From: Capsulimonadaceae bacterium
Lineage (GTDB): Bacteria; Armatimonadota; Armatimonadia; Armatimonadales; Capsulimonadaceae
DNA length: 64,000 bases
Direction of reading: 5' to 3'
NCBI GenBank assembly: GCA_965215505.1
Contig: OZ244065.1
Coordinates: forward strand, 1,056,001 to 1,120,000
The notes below the pieces were generated by a model. The model did no database searches. It saw nothing but the letters and a program-made list of their open reading frames with translations, and had not been told where the DNA came from. This document shows positions 19,532-28,537 of the stretch, piece after piece (positions within the stretch are counted from its first letter, which is position 1; the number at the start of each line of letters is the position of its first letter). The position numbers were made by a program, and so were the translations under genes.

Positions 19532-20673
19532 ATACGCTCCCGACAATGGAAGGAGCAGCCCCGCGCGGCGGCGTCAGGGGCAGCCATATCGCCCTGTACA
19601 TGGAGGCGTTCACCGGGGGCGGCGCGGAGCGCGTCATGGTCAACCTGGCCTCCGGGCTGGCAGCGCGCGGGCACCGCGTGGACATGATCGTGGTCCGGTC
19701 CGAGGGACCATACCTGGCCCTGCTTTCGCCCGACGTGCGGCTGATAGACCTCGGCTGCGGGCGGTCGCTCGCGAGCCTGCCCCGCCTGGCCCGCTATCTG
19801 CGGCGGGAGCGGCCCGCTGCCCTGCTGTCCGCGATCGAACACTCAAATCTGATCGCGCTCTGGGCGGGCGCGCTCGCCGGCTACCGGGGGCGGGTGGCCG
19901 TCAGCGTCCACATTAACCTGTCTTCGGTCGTCCGCCGCGCATCGGGGCTGAAGGGGAGCCTGCTGCTGTGGCTCTACCGCCGCTTCTATTCGGGCGCGGG
20001 CGCGGTGATCACGGTCTCCGACGCCGCCGCCGCCGACCTGACGCGCCTGCTCCGGCTGCCGCCGGGGCGGGTGCGGAGGATCTACAACCCGGTCCTCTCG
20101 CCCGCGCTGTTCGAGCAGGCGGGGGAGCCGGCCCAGCACCCCTGGTTCGGGCTGGGGCAGCCACCGGTGGTCCTGTCCGTGGGGCGGCTGTGTCCCCAGA
20201 AGGACTTCCCGACCCTCATCCGGGCGTTCGCCCAGGCCCGTCAGCAGACGCCCGCCCGGCTGGTCATCCTCGGGGAAGGCCCGGACCGACCCGCCCTGGA
20301 GGGGCTGGTGTCCGAGCTGGGCCTGACCGACTCGGTGGCCCTGCCGGGCTTCGCCGCCAACCCCTACGCCTGCATGGCGCGGGCGGCGGCCTTCGTCCTC
20401 TCCTCCCGATGGGAGGGCCTGCCGACGGTGCTGATTGAGGCGCTGGCCTGCGGCGTCCCGGTCGTCTCCACGGACTGCCCGAGCGGCCCGCGCGAGATAC
20501 TGTGCGGCGGTCGGCACGGCCGGCTGGTCCCCGTCGGCGACGCGGACGCCCTGGCCCGCGCCATCGCGGCGAGCCTGGAGGCCGGACCGACCGACCGCTC
20601 CCCGGAGGATTGGGCCGCGTTCCACACGGAACACGCGGCGGCGGAGTACGAGGAAGTCTTGCTGGGCGGATAG
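19528..20673 (+). CDS. glycosyltransferase family 4
   Basis: GGAERV, VGRL..QKDF and EX7E motif (EGLPTVLIE); ATGA overlap. Confidence 0.92.
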   Translation: MNTLPTMEGAAPRGGVRGSHIALYMEAFTGGGAERVMVNLASGLAARGHRVDMIVVRSEGPYLALLSPDVRLIDLGCGRSLASLPRLARYLRRERPAALLSAIEHSNLIALWAGALAGYRGRVAVSVHINLSSVVRRASGLKGSLLLWLYRRFYSGAGAVITVSDAAAADLTRLLRLPPGRVRRIYNPVLSPALFEQAGEPAQHPWFGLGQPPVVLSVGRLCPQKDFPTLIRAFAQARQQTPARLVILGEGPDRPALEGLVSELGLTDSVALPGFAANPYACMARAAAFVLSSRWEGLPTVLIEALACGVPVVSTDCPSGPREILCGGRHGRLVPVGDADALARAIAASLEAGPTDRSPEDWAAFHTEHAAAEYEEVLLGG

Positions 20674-20686
20674 GAGCGACAGACCG

Positions 20687-21694
20687 ATGACCAAAGCAGC
20701 ATTCGCCGGACCTACAAATGCGGGCCTACATCGTCCGATACTGGAACCACCGCCCGACCTGATCTGCCCGATCTGCCGTGGCGATCTGGATGCCGGGGCG
20801 GGAACCCTGGTCTGCCGGAACGGGGCCTGCCGGACCGAGTTCCCCCTGGTGGACGGCATCCCGGTACTCATCAACGAGGCGAATAGCCTGTTCACGATCG
20901 CGGGTTTTGTGGGCCGCGAGGGCACATTCTTCAGCAAGCCCGACGGCAGGCTTGCCACGTTCGGGATGAAGGTGCTGGACCGCCTCCCCGACATCACCCG
21001 CAGCATCGGCACGCGAGAGCGGTACGCGAAATTGGCCGAGATGCTGCTGCGGGACAACCCGGCCCCGGTCGTCCTGGTCGTGGGCGGGAGCATCGTGGGG
21101 AACGGCATGGAGGAGTTTCTGGCACACCCGGCGATCCGCTTCGTCGAGACGGACATCGCGTTCGGGCCGCGCACCCGGATCATCTGCGACAGCCACGACA
21201 TGCCTTTCCGCGACGGCACCTTCGACGCGGTCATCGCGCAGGCCGTTCTGGAGCATGTGGTGGACCCGGCCCGCTGCGTGGCGGAGATCCACCGGGTCCT
21301 GAAGAGCGGCGGCCTCGTCTATGCCGAGACTCCGTTCATGCAGCAGGTCCACGGCGGGCGCTACGACTTCACGCGCTGGACGCACCTGGGCCACCGGCGG
21401 CTGTTCCGGTGGTTCGCCGAGGTGGAGAGCGGCGTGGTGTGCGGGCCGGGCATGGCGCTGGCCTGGTCGTGGAACTACTTCGCGCTCAGTGCGGCGACCT
21501 CGCGGGCGGGGCGCGCGCTGGCCCACCTCGTGACGCGGCTCACCGGCTCCTGGCTGACCCTGTTTGACGCGGCCCTGGTGACGAAGCCGGGGGCGTATGA
21601 TGCCGCCGCCGGCTACCATTTCCTGGGACGCCGGAGCGATGAGGCGCTGCCGGACCGGGAGCTGATCACGCTCTACCAGGGCGGCCGCCAGTAG
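20687..21694 (+). CDS. class I SAM-dependent methyltransferase with N-terminal Trm112-like Zn knuckle
   Basis: CPIC...C...C.FPLVDGIPVL; VLVVGGS; FDAVIAQAVLEHV; RVLKSGG. Confidence 0.85.
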   Translation: MTKAAFAGPTNAGLHRPILEPPPDLICPICRGDLDAGAGTLVCRNGACRTEFPLVDGIPVLINEANSLFTIAGFVGREGTFFSKPDGRLATFGMKVLDRLPDITRSIGTRERYAKLAEMLLRDNPAPVVLVVGGSIVGNGMEEFLAHPAIRFVETDIAFGPRTRIICDSHDMPFRDGTFDAVIAQAVLEHVVDPARCVAEIHRVLKSGGLVYAETPFMQQVHGGRYDFTRWTHLGHRRLFRWFAEVESGVVCGPGMALAWSWNYFALSAATSRAGRALAHLVTRLTGSWLTLFDAALVTKPGAYDAAAGYHFLGRRSDEALPDRELITLYQGGRQ

Positions 21695-21729
21695 AAGACC
21701 GTCACGCCGCCCATGAGAAACTGCGGACA

Positions 21730-22965
21730 ATGAAAAACTTCAGCCACTTCTCGCAGCTCGCGGCTTACCTCGCCTCCCTGGTGCTGATCGGGGGCATCCC
21801 CGGCCTCGCCCTGCCGCTCGAGGACTCGGCTTTGGGGTCGGTCAACCGGCTGATCGGCGGGCTGGTGATGCTGCTTTGGCTGCTCTCGGTCGTCGCGACC
21901 GGGCGCCTGGGCCGGCTGCACCTGTTCCACCTGCTGGCGGTCGCCTTCGCCCTCTGGTACGTCCTCAGCGTGTGGTGGAGCGTGGCGCCCGACGAAACGC
22001 CGTTCACGGCGACTCTCATCGAGGGGGTCGTCCTGTCCGTCCTGCTCTGGGACATCTACCGGACCCAGGAGCGCCTGGAAGCGGCGATGCAGGCGTTCCT
22101 CCTCGGGGGCTACGTCTCGGTCGCGATGACGGCCTTCAATTTCGCCCAGGGGCAGCAGGTGCGGCACTGGGAACAGCGGTTCTCCGGCTCCGGCTTCGAC
22201 CCGAACGACATCGCGCTGCTGCTGGCGATCGGCATCCCGATGGCGACCTACCTGGCGACGCGCCCGAGGAGCCTGCCCGTCTTCCGGCTGCTGAACCTCC
22301 TGTACCCACTCGCCACCGCCCTGGGGATCGTACTGAGCGGGTCGCGCGGCGCACTGCTGGCGGCGGCCCCGGCGTACCTCTTCTACCTGGTCCGGCTGGC
22401 CCGGCTGGGCCGGGGCTGGGGGGTCGCCGTGGCCGGGCTGCTGGCCGCCGCCCTGGCGGGCGCGACGCAGCTCGACCTCAGCGCGCCGCTCCAGCGGCTG
22501 GGGACGGTGGCGGAGTCGTCGGGCGACGACCACCTCAGCGGGCGTTCGGAGATCTGGCAGGCCGGCTGGACCGCCTTCGGGGAACACCCGTTCCTGGGGG
22601 TCGGCGGCGGCGCGTTCTCGGCGGCGACGGCGGGGAGGAACGGCCAGGTGCTGTCTCTGATCGCGCACAACACCTACCTGTCTGTCTTGACGGAGCTGGG
22701 GCCGATCGGCTTCCTGCTGTTCCTCGGCCTGCTCGTGGTGGTCCTGCGGAGCGCGCTGCGCCAGTCCCCGCCGATGCGCGAGATGTCGCTGCTCTGCCTC
22801 CTCGTGTGGGGCGTCGGCGTGTTCGCCCTGTCCTGGGAGTTCCGGTCGCAGACCTGGCTCCTGTTCGGGCTGATCGTGGCGGCGGGCCACAGCGCGCCGC
22901 CGGCCGTCATCAGCCCGTTCCGGCCGGCGCGGGCCGGGCGGCTCGCGGGGAGGGCAGTGCCATGA
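21730..22965 (+). CDS. O-antigen ligase/polymerase family protein (probable Wzy)
   Basis: Multi-TM protein; DPND, SGSRGA, R..IW, PFLGVG and AHNTYL motifs. Confidence 0.85.
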   Translation: MKNFSHFSQLAAYLASLVLIGGIPGLALPLEDSALGSVNRLIGGLVMLLWLLSVVATGRLGRLHLFHLLAVAFALWYVLSVWWSVAPDETPFTATLIEGVVLSVLLWDIYRTQERLEAAMQAFLLGGYVSVAMTAFNFAQGQQVRHWEQRFSGSGFDPNDIALLLAIGIPMATYLATRPRSLPVFRLLNLLYPLATALGIVLSGSRGALLAAAPAYLFYLVRLARLGRGWGVAVAGLLAAALAGATQLDLSAPLQRLGTVAESSGDDHLSGRSEIWQAGWTAFGEHPFLGVGGGAFSAATAGRNGQVLSLIAHNTYLSVLTELGPIGFLLFLGLLVVVLRSALRQSPPMREMSLLCLLVWGVGVFALSWEFRSQTWLLFGLIVAAGHSAPPAVISPFRPARAGRLAGRAVP

Positions 22966-24071
22966 AGACAGACGTTTTGAAGACGCGCGTCCTAATCTCC
23001 GGCCAGGACCCGTCCCTGCCGGGCGGCATGGCGAAGTATGTGGGCGGCCTGTGCACCTACCTAGAAACGGCCGGCGGCATCGAAACCCGGTTCCTGAACG
23101 AAACCGAGGTCAAGGGGCGGACCGGCATGATGAGCGCGAACCGGCTGGCCGCCGTCCGGGAGAGCGGGCGGCTGCTGCGCGGGTTCCAGCGGACTCTGCG
23201 GCGTCACAGGCCGGACGTCGTCCACCTCCACATGGCGCACGGCCTGTCGGTCTGGGAGAAAGCGGGCATGGCGGCCCTGGCGGCACGGGCGGGCATCCCC
23301 GCCCTGGTACACCTGCACGGCGCGGGCCTCGACGTGGCCCTGGGCGCGATGCCCGCCCGGCGGCGGCGCTGGCTGGACCGGGCGCTGGCGCGGCCCCACC
23401 GTGTGGTCGCGCTGTCTGAGGGCATGGCGGGCCTAATCCGCCAAGCCCTACCCTCGGCTCGTGTCAGCGTGATCCCGAACGCCGTGCGGCTGATGGCTCC
23501 GCCGCCGCCCCTCGCGTCGCCGCCGACCTTCGGCTTCCTGGGGTTCATGGACGGGCGCAAGGGCGAGAGTGATCTGCTCCGGGCGCTGGCGTCGCCCGGC
23601 GTCCCGCCGTGTTCGCTGCTGCTGGCCGGGGACGGCCCGATGCGGACGGGCGCGGAGGCACTGGCGGTGCGGCTCGGGCTGGCGGACCGCGTCTGCTTCC
23701 TGGGGAACATCGACGGGGCGGCGAAGGACGACTTTTTCCGCCGGATAGACGTGCTGTGCCTGCCCTCACAGGCGGAAAACCTGCCCATCGCGCTGCTGGA
23801 AGCGATGGGGTACGGCCGCCCGGTCATCGCCACGCCGGTCGGCGGCATCCCGGACATGGTCACGGACGGCGCGCAGGGCCGGCTGACGCCGCCGGGGGAC
23901 ATCGGGGCGCTGGCCGATGCCCTGACGGAAGCCGCCCTGAACCCGGAGGAGGTCCGCCGGCGCGGGCGGGCGGCCTGGGAGACGGTCGCGGACCGGTTCA
24001 CCTGGGAGCGGAACGGGCCGCTCATGGTCCGACTCTATCAGACCATGCACACCGAGACTGGAAAGGCTTGA
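22962..24071 (+). CDS. glycosyltransferase family 4
   Basis: ENLPIALLEAM EX7E motif; RKG; PVIATPVGGIPD. Confidence 0.9.
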   Translation: MKTDVLKTRVLISGQDPSLPGGMAKYVGGLCTYLETAGGIETRFLNETEVKGRTGMMSANRLAAVRESGRLLRGFQRTLRRHRPDVVHLHMAHGLSVWEKAGMAALAARAGIPALVHLHGAGLDVALGAMPARRRRWLDRALARPHRVVALSEGMAGLIRQALPSARVSVIPNAVRLMAPPPPLASPPTFGFLGFMDGRKGESDLLRALASPGVPPCSLLLAGDGPMRTGAEALAVRLGLADRVCFLGNIDGAAKDDFFRRIDVLCLPSQAENLPIALLEAMGYGRPVIATPVGGIPDMVTDGAQGRLTPPGDIGALADALTEAALNPEEVRRRGRAAWETVADRFTWERNGPLMVRLYQTMHTETGKA

Positions 24072-24078
24072 TCCTCAA

Positions 24079-24831
24079 ATGAACGTGCAGTCCAGACCGA
24101 CCGAAGACGCCCGCCGGAACCCGCACGGGACCACGGACGACGGGACCACGGACGACAGGGCCACAGATGACGGGGCTACGGACGGCGGCACGGACGACGG
24201 GGTTATGACTCCGTGGCCCGCCGACGCCAGGGCTTATGCAGTCGCCAAACGCTTCATGGACATCGTCGCCGCGCTGTTCCTGCTCGCCGCCGCGTTCCCC
24301 CTGATGCTTGCAGTCGCGCTCCTGGTCGGGCTGACCAGCCCCGGCCCGGTGCTGTTCCGGCAGACACGCCTGGGGCGCGGCGGGGTGCCGTTCCCGCTGC
24401 TGAAGTTCCGCACGATGGTCGCCGACGCCGAGCAGCAGCTTGAGGCCCGCGCTGAACTGCGGCAGATGTTCCAGGAGTCCTTCAAGATCGCCCGCGACCC
24501 GCGCATCACGCCCGTGGGCGCGTTCCTCCGCCGGACCAGCCTGGACGAGCTGCCGCAGCTTATCAACGTCCTGCAAGGCAGCATGAGCCTGATCGGCCCC
24601 CGGCCCATCGTCCCGAAGGAGCTGGCGAAGTACGGCGAGCGGGGCGAAAAGCTGCTCACCGTCAAGCCCGGCTTGGGCGGGATGTGGCAGGCCGGGGGCC
24701 GCAGCGACACGACTTACGCCGAACGGATCGCGCTCGACATGTACTACATTGACCACCGCTCCCTGTGGCTTGACCTTTCCCTGCTGGCGAAGACGGCCTT
24801 CTGCGTCCTGACCCTGCGCGGCTCGTGCTGA
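24079..24831 (+). CDS. priming sugar transferase (Bac_transf, WcaJ/WbaP C-terminal type)
   Basis: KFRTM, DPRIT, LDELPQLINV, GPRP and VKPG motifs. Confidence 0.92.
   Translation: MNVQSRPTEDARRNPHGTTDDGTTDDRATDDGATDGGTDDGVMTPWPADARAYAVAKRFMDIVAALFLLAAAFPLMLAVALLVGLTSPGPVLFRQTRLGRGGVPFPLLKFRTMVADAEQQLEARAELRQMFQESFKIARDPRITPVGAFLRRTSLDELPQLINVLQGSMSLIGPRPIVPKELAKYGERGEKLLTVKPGLGGMWQAGGRSDTTYAERIALDMYYIDHRSLWLDLSLLAKTAFCVLTLRGSC
24127..24198 (+). repeat. degenerate 15-bp coding tandem repeat (GTTDD x~5)
   Basis: GGGACCACGGACGAC x2 perfect, followed by three degenerate copies. Confidence 0.85.
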
Positions 24832-24849
24832 CGGGGCGCAGCAAAAATG

Positions 24850-24877
24850 CCGATAAAGAGACACCGATAAAGAGACA
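24850..24877. repeat. 14-bp perfect tandem duplication upstream of the wzc start
   Basis: CCGATAAAGAGACA x2. Confidence 0.9.
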
Positions 24878-24880
24878 CCC

Positions 24881-27157
24881 ATGACACACGAAACCCGACC
24901 GCCCGGCGCGCGCGCCGACATCAGCCTGGGGGAGATCGCCACGATCCTGTGGCGGCGCAGGCTCGTTTTCCTGCTGGCGCTGGCCGCCTGCCTCGGCCCG
25001 GCCGCCCTGATCTCCCACCGGATGTCCAAGCAGTGGCGGGCCGAGGCGCAGATGGTCCTGATCCAGCGCGCCACGACCGGCTCCGAAGCCTCAAAAGCCA
25101 CCTCCTATGCCCCCCCGGTCATCGAAACCGTTGACACGCAGATGGCGATGCTGCAAAGCGATGCCATGCCGCAGCGCGCCCTGGACTGGCTGCGGAGCCG
25201 GCCCGGCCCGGCCGGGGCGGTCTTCGGCGGGAAAGAGTGGACGGCGGCGGCCTTCCAGCACGCCGTCACGTTCTCCAACCCTAAAGAGACCAACGTGATC
25301 CAGGTTTCGGCGGAGGCTCACAGCCCGGAGCAGGCGGCCCAGATGGCGAACGCGGTCTGTCAGGCCTTCCTCCAGTGGAAAAAGGAGCTGGCCCAGCAGC
25401 AGGTGCGGGACATCGCGCAGAGCCTCCAGGTGCGGTCCGCGCGCGCCGCCTCGCAGATGCGTGACGCCGAGCAGCAGGAGAAGCGGTTCAAGCAGCGCCA
25501 CCACATGGCAGACGTCGCCGCTCAGGAGAAATTCCTGCTCGACCAGGGACAGGCACAGTCGGCGGAGGTGGATAACCTCCAGAAGGAGTGCGACTCGCTG
25601 GACGCGCGGCTGGGGAACCTCGCCGGGAAGCTCCGGCTGGGGAACGCCCAGATCCAGCACGGCGGGGGCGTCCGCGACGACGCCCTCATCCTGAGCCTGC
25701 AATCACAGCTCACCCAACTGGAGATGGAGCGCGCAGACGCCGGCCAAAAGTACACCGCCGCCTATCCGGGCATGCTCCAGCCGCTGGACGCCAAGATCCG
25801 GGACATCAAGGCCCGCCTGAGCCGGACCATCCACGGGGTCGTCGCCGGCAATCTCCCCACCCTGCAAGCGCAGGGCGCGCTGCTTGCCGACTATCAGCAG
25901 ACTCAGGTGAGCGAGGTCTACACGGCGGCGAAGCTGGAGGCCGCCCGCCGGCTCCTCAGCCGGACGCAGGCGCAGACGCGGCTGCTGCCGCAGCTCGACG
26001 GCGACTACAAGCAGATCGTCCGCAACGTGGACCTGACCAACACCCTGTACTCGTCGCTCCAAGCCGCCCTCGAAGCGGCCCGGCTGGACGCGCAGATCGC
26101 CACCGGCGATGTCCAGTTCACGCAGCCCGCCCTGACGCCGACAAGGCCCTTCCGGCCAAACCTCCCGCAGAACCTCGCGCTGGCGGGGCTGCTCGGCCTC
26201 TTCCTTGGCAGCCTCGCCGTCATCCTGCTGGAACAGGGCGACCGGCGGGTGCGGACGGTCGGCGACGTGCAGCGCCTGCTCTCGGCCCCGGTCATCGGCT
26301 CGCTGCCCGCCTTGCCAGCCGCCTCGGCGGCCCTGACCGGCGGAGCGGGCGCGGCGAAGGTCATGGAAGCCTACCGGCTGACCTACGCGAACCTCCTGCT
26401 GACCCTGCATCAGTCCCAGCAGACCGCGCTCCTCTACCGGGCGGTCATCCTGGTCACCAGCGCCCGGCAGGGCGAGGGGAAGACGGTGACGGCACGGCAT
26501 CTGGCCCGCACGGTCGCCCGCTGCGGGAAGCGCACCATCCTGGTGGACGCCGACCTGCGCGTCCGGCCCGGAGACGATGCGCGGGGGGATGGCGAGGAGC
26601 CGGTCGGCTTGGCCGACGTCCTGCGCGGCGCGGCGACGCTCGAGGAGGCGATCAGCGACTCGGGGGACCGCAACCTGCTGGTCCTGCGCCGCGGCCGGGT
26701 CAACGAGGACAGCGCGGACATGGTTTCGCTCCCGCAGATGCGTCAGGCCTTGGAAACCCTCCGCTCCTACGCCGACGTGGTGGTCATCGACTCGCCCGCG
26801 TGTCTGGAGCGGGCCGACGTGTTCTTCCTCGCGCCGTTCGCCGACTGCATCCTGCAAGTGGTCGGGGCCAAGCGGGTAGACGAGCCGGCATTGCGGCAGG
26901 CATTCGAAGCCCTCACGGCGGCTCGTCCCGGCCTGCTGGCGCTCTTCTTCAACTTCTCGCCCGAGCAGCGGCCCACTCTCATGTCGGGCGCGGCGGACGG
27001 GCCGGCCCCGGCGGTCGTTCTACCGGGCGCCATGCCCGACTGGGACCTGCGGGAGAAAGTGCTGCTTTCGGAGAACCGGACCACCAAGATCATCGTCCAG
27101 AGCCTGCCCGGACAGATACCGAAGGCGGAAGGCGCGCGCCTGTTCCGGCCGGACTGA
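24881..27157 (+). CDS. wzc: polysaccharide co-polymerase / BY-kinase (Wzc/GumC family)
   Basis: Two TMs flanking a coiled coil; Walker A SARQGEGKT; VDADLR; Walker B VVIDSP. Confidence 0.85.
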   Translation: MTHETRPPGARADISLGEIATILWRRRLVFLLALAACLGPAALISHRMSKQWRAEAQMVLIQRATTGSEASKATSYAPPVIETVDTQMAMLQSDAMPQRALDWLRSRPGPAGAVFGGKEWTAAAFQHAVTFSNPKETNVIQVSAEAHSPEQAAQMANAVCQAFLQWKKELAQQQVRDIAQSLQVRSARAASQMRDAEQQEKRFKQRHHMADVAAQEKFLLDQGQAQSAEVDNLQKECDSLDARLGNLAGKLRLGNAQIQHGGGVRDDALILSLQSQLTQLEMERADAGQKYTAAYPGMLQPLDAKIRDIKARLSRTIHGVVAGNLPTLQAQGALLADYQQTQVSEVYTAAKLEAARRLLSRTQAQTRLLPQLDGDYKQIVRNVDLTNTLYSSLQAALEAARLDAQIATGDVQFTQPALTPTRPFRPNLPQNLALAGLLGLFLGSLAVILLEQGDRRVRTVGDVQRLLSAPVIGSLPALPAASAALTGGAGAAKVMEAYRLTYANLLLTLHQSQQTALLYRAVILVTSARQGEGKTVTARHLARTVARCGKRTILVDADLRVRPGDDARGDGEEPVGLADVLRGAATLEEAISDSGDRNLLVLRRGRVNEDSADMVSLPQMRQALETLRSYADVVVIDSPACLERADVFFLAPFADCILQVVGAKRVDEPALRQAFEALTAARPGLLALFFNFSPEQRPTLMSGAADGPAPAVVLPGAMPDWDLREKVLLSENRTTKIIVQSLPGQIPKAEGARLFRPD

Positions 27158-27199
27158 TGCGCGGTTGCTTTCGGCCTCAGACTGTGGCACAATAGGGCC

Positions 27200-28537
27200 A
27201 TGAGTGAAGAGGGTATGGGCAAGGCAGAACAATCCGACTGGCGGCGGCTGCTGACGCCGGGGCAGAGGGCGCGGATGCTGGACCACATCGCCCGCGTCTC
27301 GCTGGCGGCGGGCACGCGGCTGTTCCCCGGTCAGCCGTGGCAGGACCTGGACGTTTCGGCCGGCTCGGTCGCCGCCCGCAAGTCGCCCGTCGAGCGCCTC
27401 GCGTTCATCGAGCGCGCCCTGCCGGTTCTGGAGTGGGCGGCGGCGCAGATCGGGCGGGACCCGCTTGCCGATGTGGTGACGCAGTCGCGCCCCGTCGCCC
27501 CGGCCCTGCGCGCTCGGCGCGTCACGACGGGCGCTCTGCTGCAAGCCGTCCGGCGCGGCCCCGACCTCCGTTCCTTGGAGGAAACCGTCAGCGTGGCGTC
27601 CCGCGACACGCCCGAGAACCGCGCCGTCAAGTCTTTCCTGCGCGTGCTGGAACGTGACAGCACCGCCATCGTGCGGATCGCCGAGGCGGAGGAAGAGGCC
27701 GAAGCCGCGGGCCGAGCCGAACGGTGCGCGTCGCGTCTTCGTGGAATTCTTGCCACGCCCTGGTGGGCGGAGGTCGGGGCGGACGGCGCGGCGTGGCTCA
27801 GACCTCCGACGCGCCGGGCGGCGGGGCGGCCCGAGTACACCATGGTCTCCCGCGAGATGGCCCGCTGCCGCGCCGGGTTTATGTTTGACTGGGGACATCC
27901 CTGGCTGACGGTGCCGCCGCGCGAGTCGTGGCGGCTGTACGAAACCTGGTGCCTGTTCATCGTTCTGGACGCCCTGCGCGCGGGCGGCTGGGAGCCGGTC
28001 GCCGGGGCGGGGGGCGACACGCCGGACCTGTTCACCGTCCGCGAAGGCCGCCTGACCTTCACGCCCATGACGGGGCGGGCAGGGCGTGTCGGATTGCGCT
28101 CGGCGAGCGGCAGGCGTCTGTCAATGGTCTACAACCAGACATTCGCCGAAGGCCGGCACTCGCTCTCCCACACGATGCAGCCGGACATCACGCTGGCCTC
28201 GGGGGACCGCCTGTGGATTCTGGATGCCAAGTTCAAGCCCTACGCGCTGCCGGGGGAGGAGGGCGACGACATCAACCAGATGCACGCCTACCGGGACGGC
28301 ATCATCGGCGAGGGCGGGCAACGCGCCGTGGCCCGCGCCTGGTGCCTCTATGCGGGGCAGGCGGACGCGCCGAACCGCAGTCAGCTCACCTACGGGCGGT
28401 CCGAGGAGGCCGCCGTGGGGGCACTCTGCCTGCGGCCCGGCGAGGCGGACACGTTCACGGCCCTGTGCGCCCTGCTGGCGGGCTGGCTCCGGGAAGAGTC
28501 AGGGACACCAGCGCGGCCAGCGCCTCCAGGAACCTGA
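27200..28537 (+). CDS. DUF2357/McrC-like PD-(D/E)XK nuclease
   Basis: DTPENRAVK, LYETWC, QPDITL...ILDAKFK and DINQMHAYRD motifs. Confidence 0.75.
   Translation: MSEEGMGKAEQSDWRRLLTPGQRARMLDHIARVSLAAGTRLFPGQPWQDLDVSAGSVAARKSPVERLAFIERALPVLEWAAAQIGRDPLADVVTQSRPVAPALRARRVTTGALLQAVRRGPDLRSLEETVSVASRDTPENRAVKSFLRVLERDSTAIVRIAEAEEEAEAAGRAERCASRLRGILATPWWAEVGADGAAWLRPPTRRAAGRPEYTMVSREMARCRAGFMFDWGHPWLTVPPRESWRLYETWCLFIVLDALRAGGWEPVAGAGGDTPDLFTVREGRLTFTPMTGRAGRVGLRSASGRRLSMVYNQTFAEGRHSLSHTMQPDITLASGDRLWILDAKFKPYALPGEEGDDINQMHAYRDGIIGEGGQRAVARAWCLYAGQADAPNRSQLTYGRSEEAAVGALCLRPGEADTFTALCALLAGWLREESGTPARPAPPGT

Noticed and set aside
17089..22961. Long N-terminal extensions of EPS ORFs (17089, 18892, 20435, 21876)
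   Set aside because: They overlap upstream genes; coupled or SD-supported starts at 17509, 19528, 20687 and 22962 fit better.
24127..24198. Possible CRISPR-like repeats here and at other short repeats
   Set aside because: Units are adjacent with no unique spacers, too short, and no cas genes are present.
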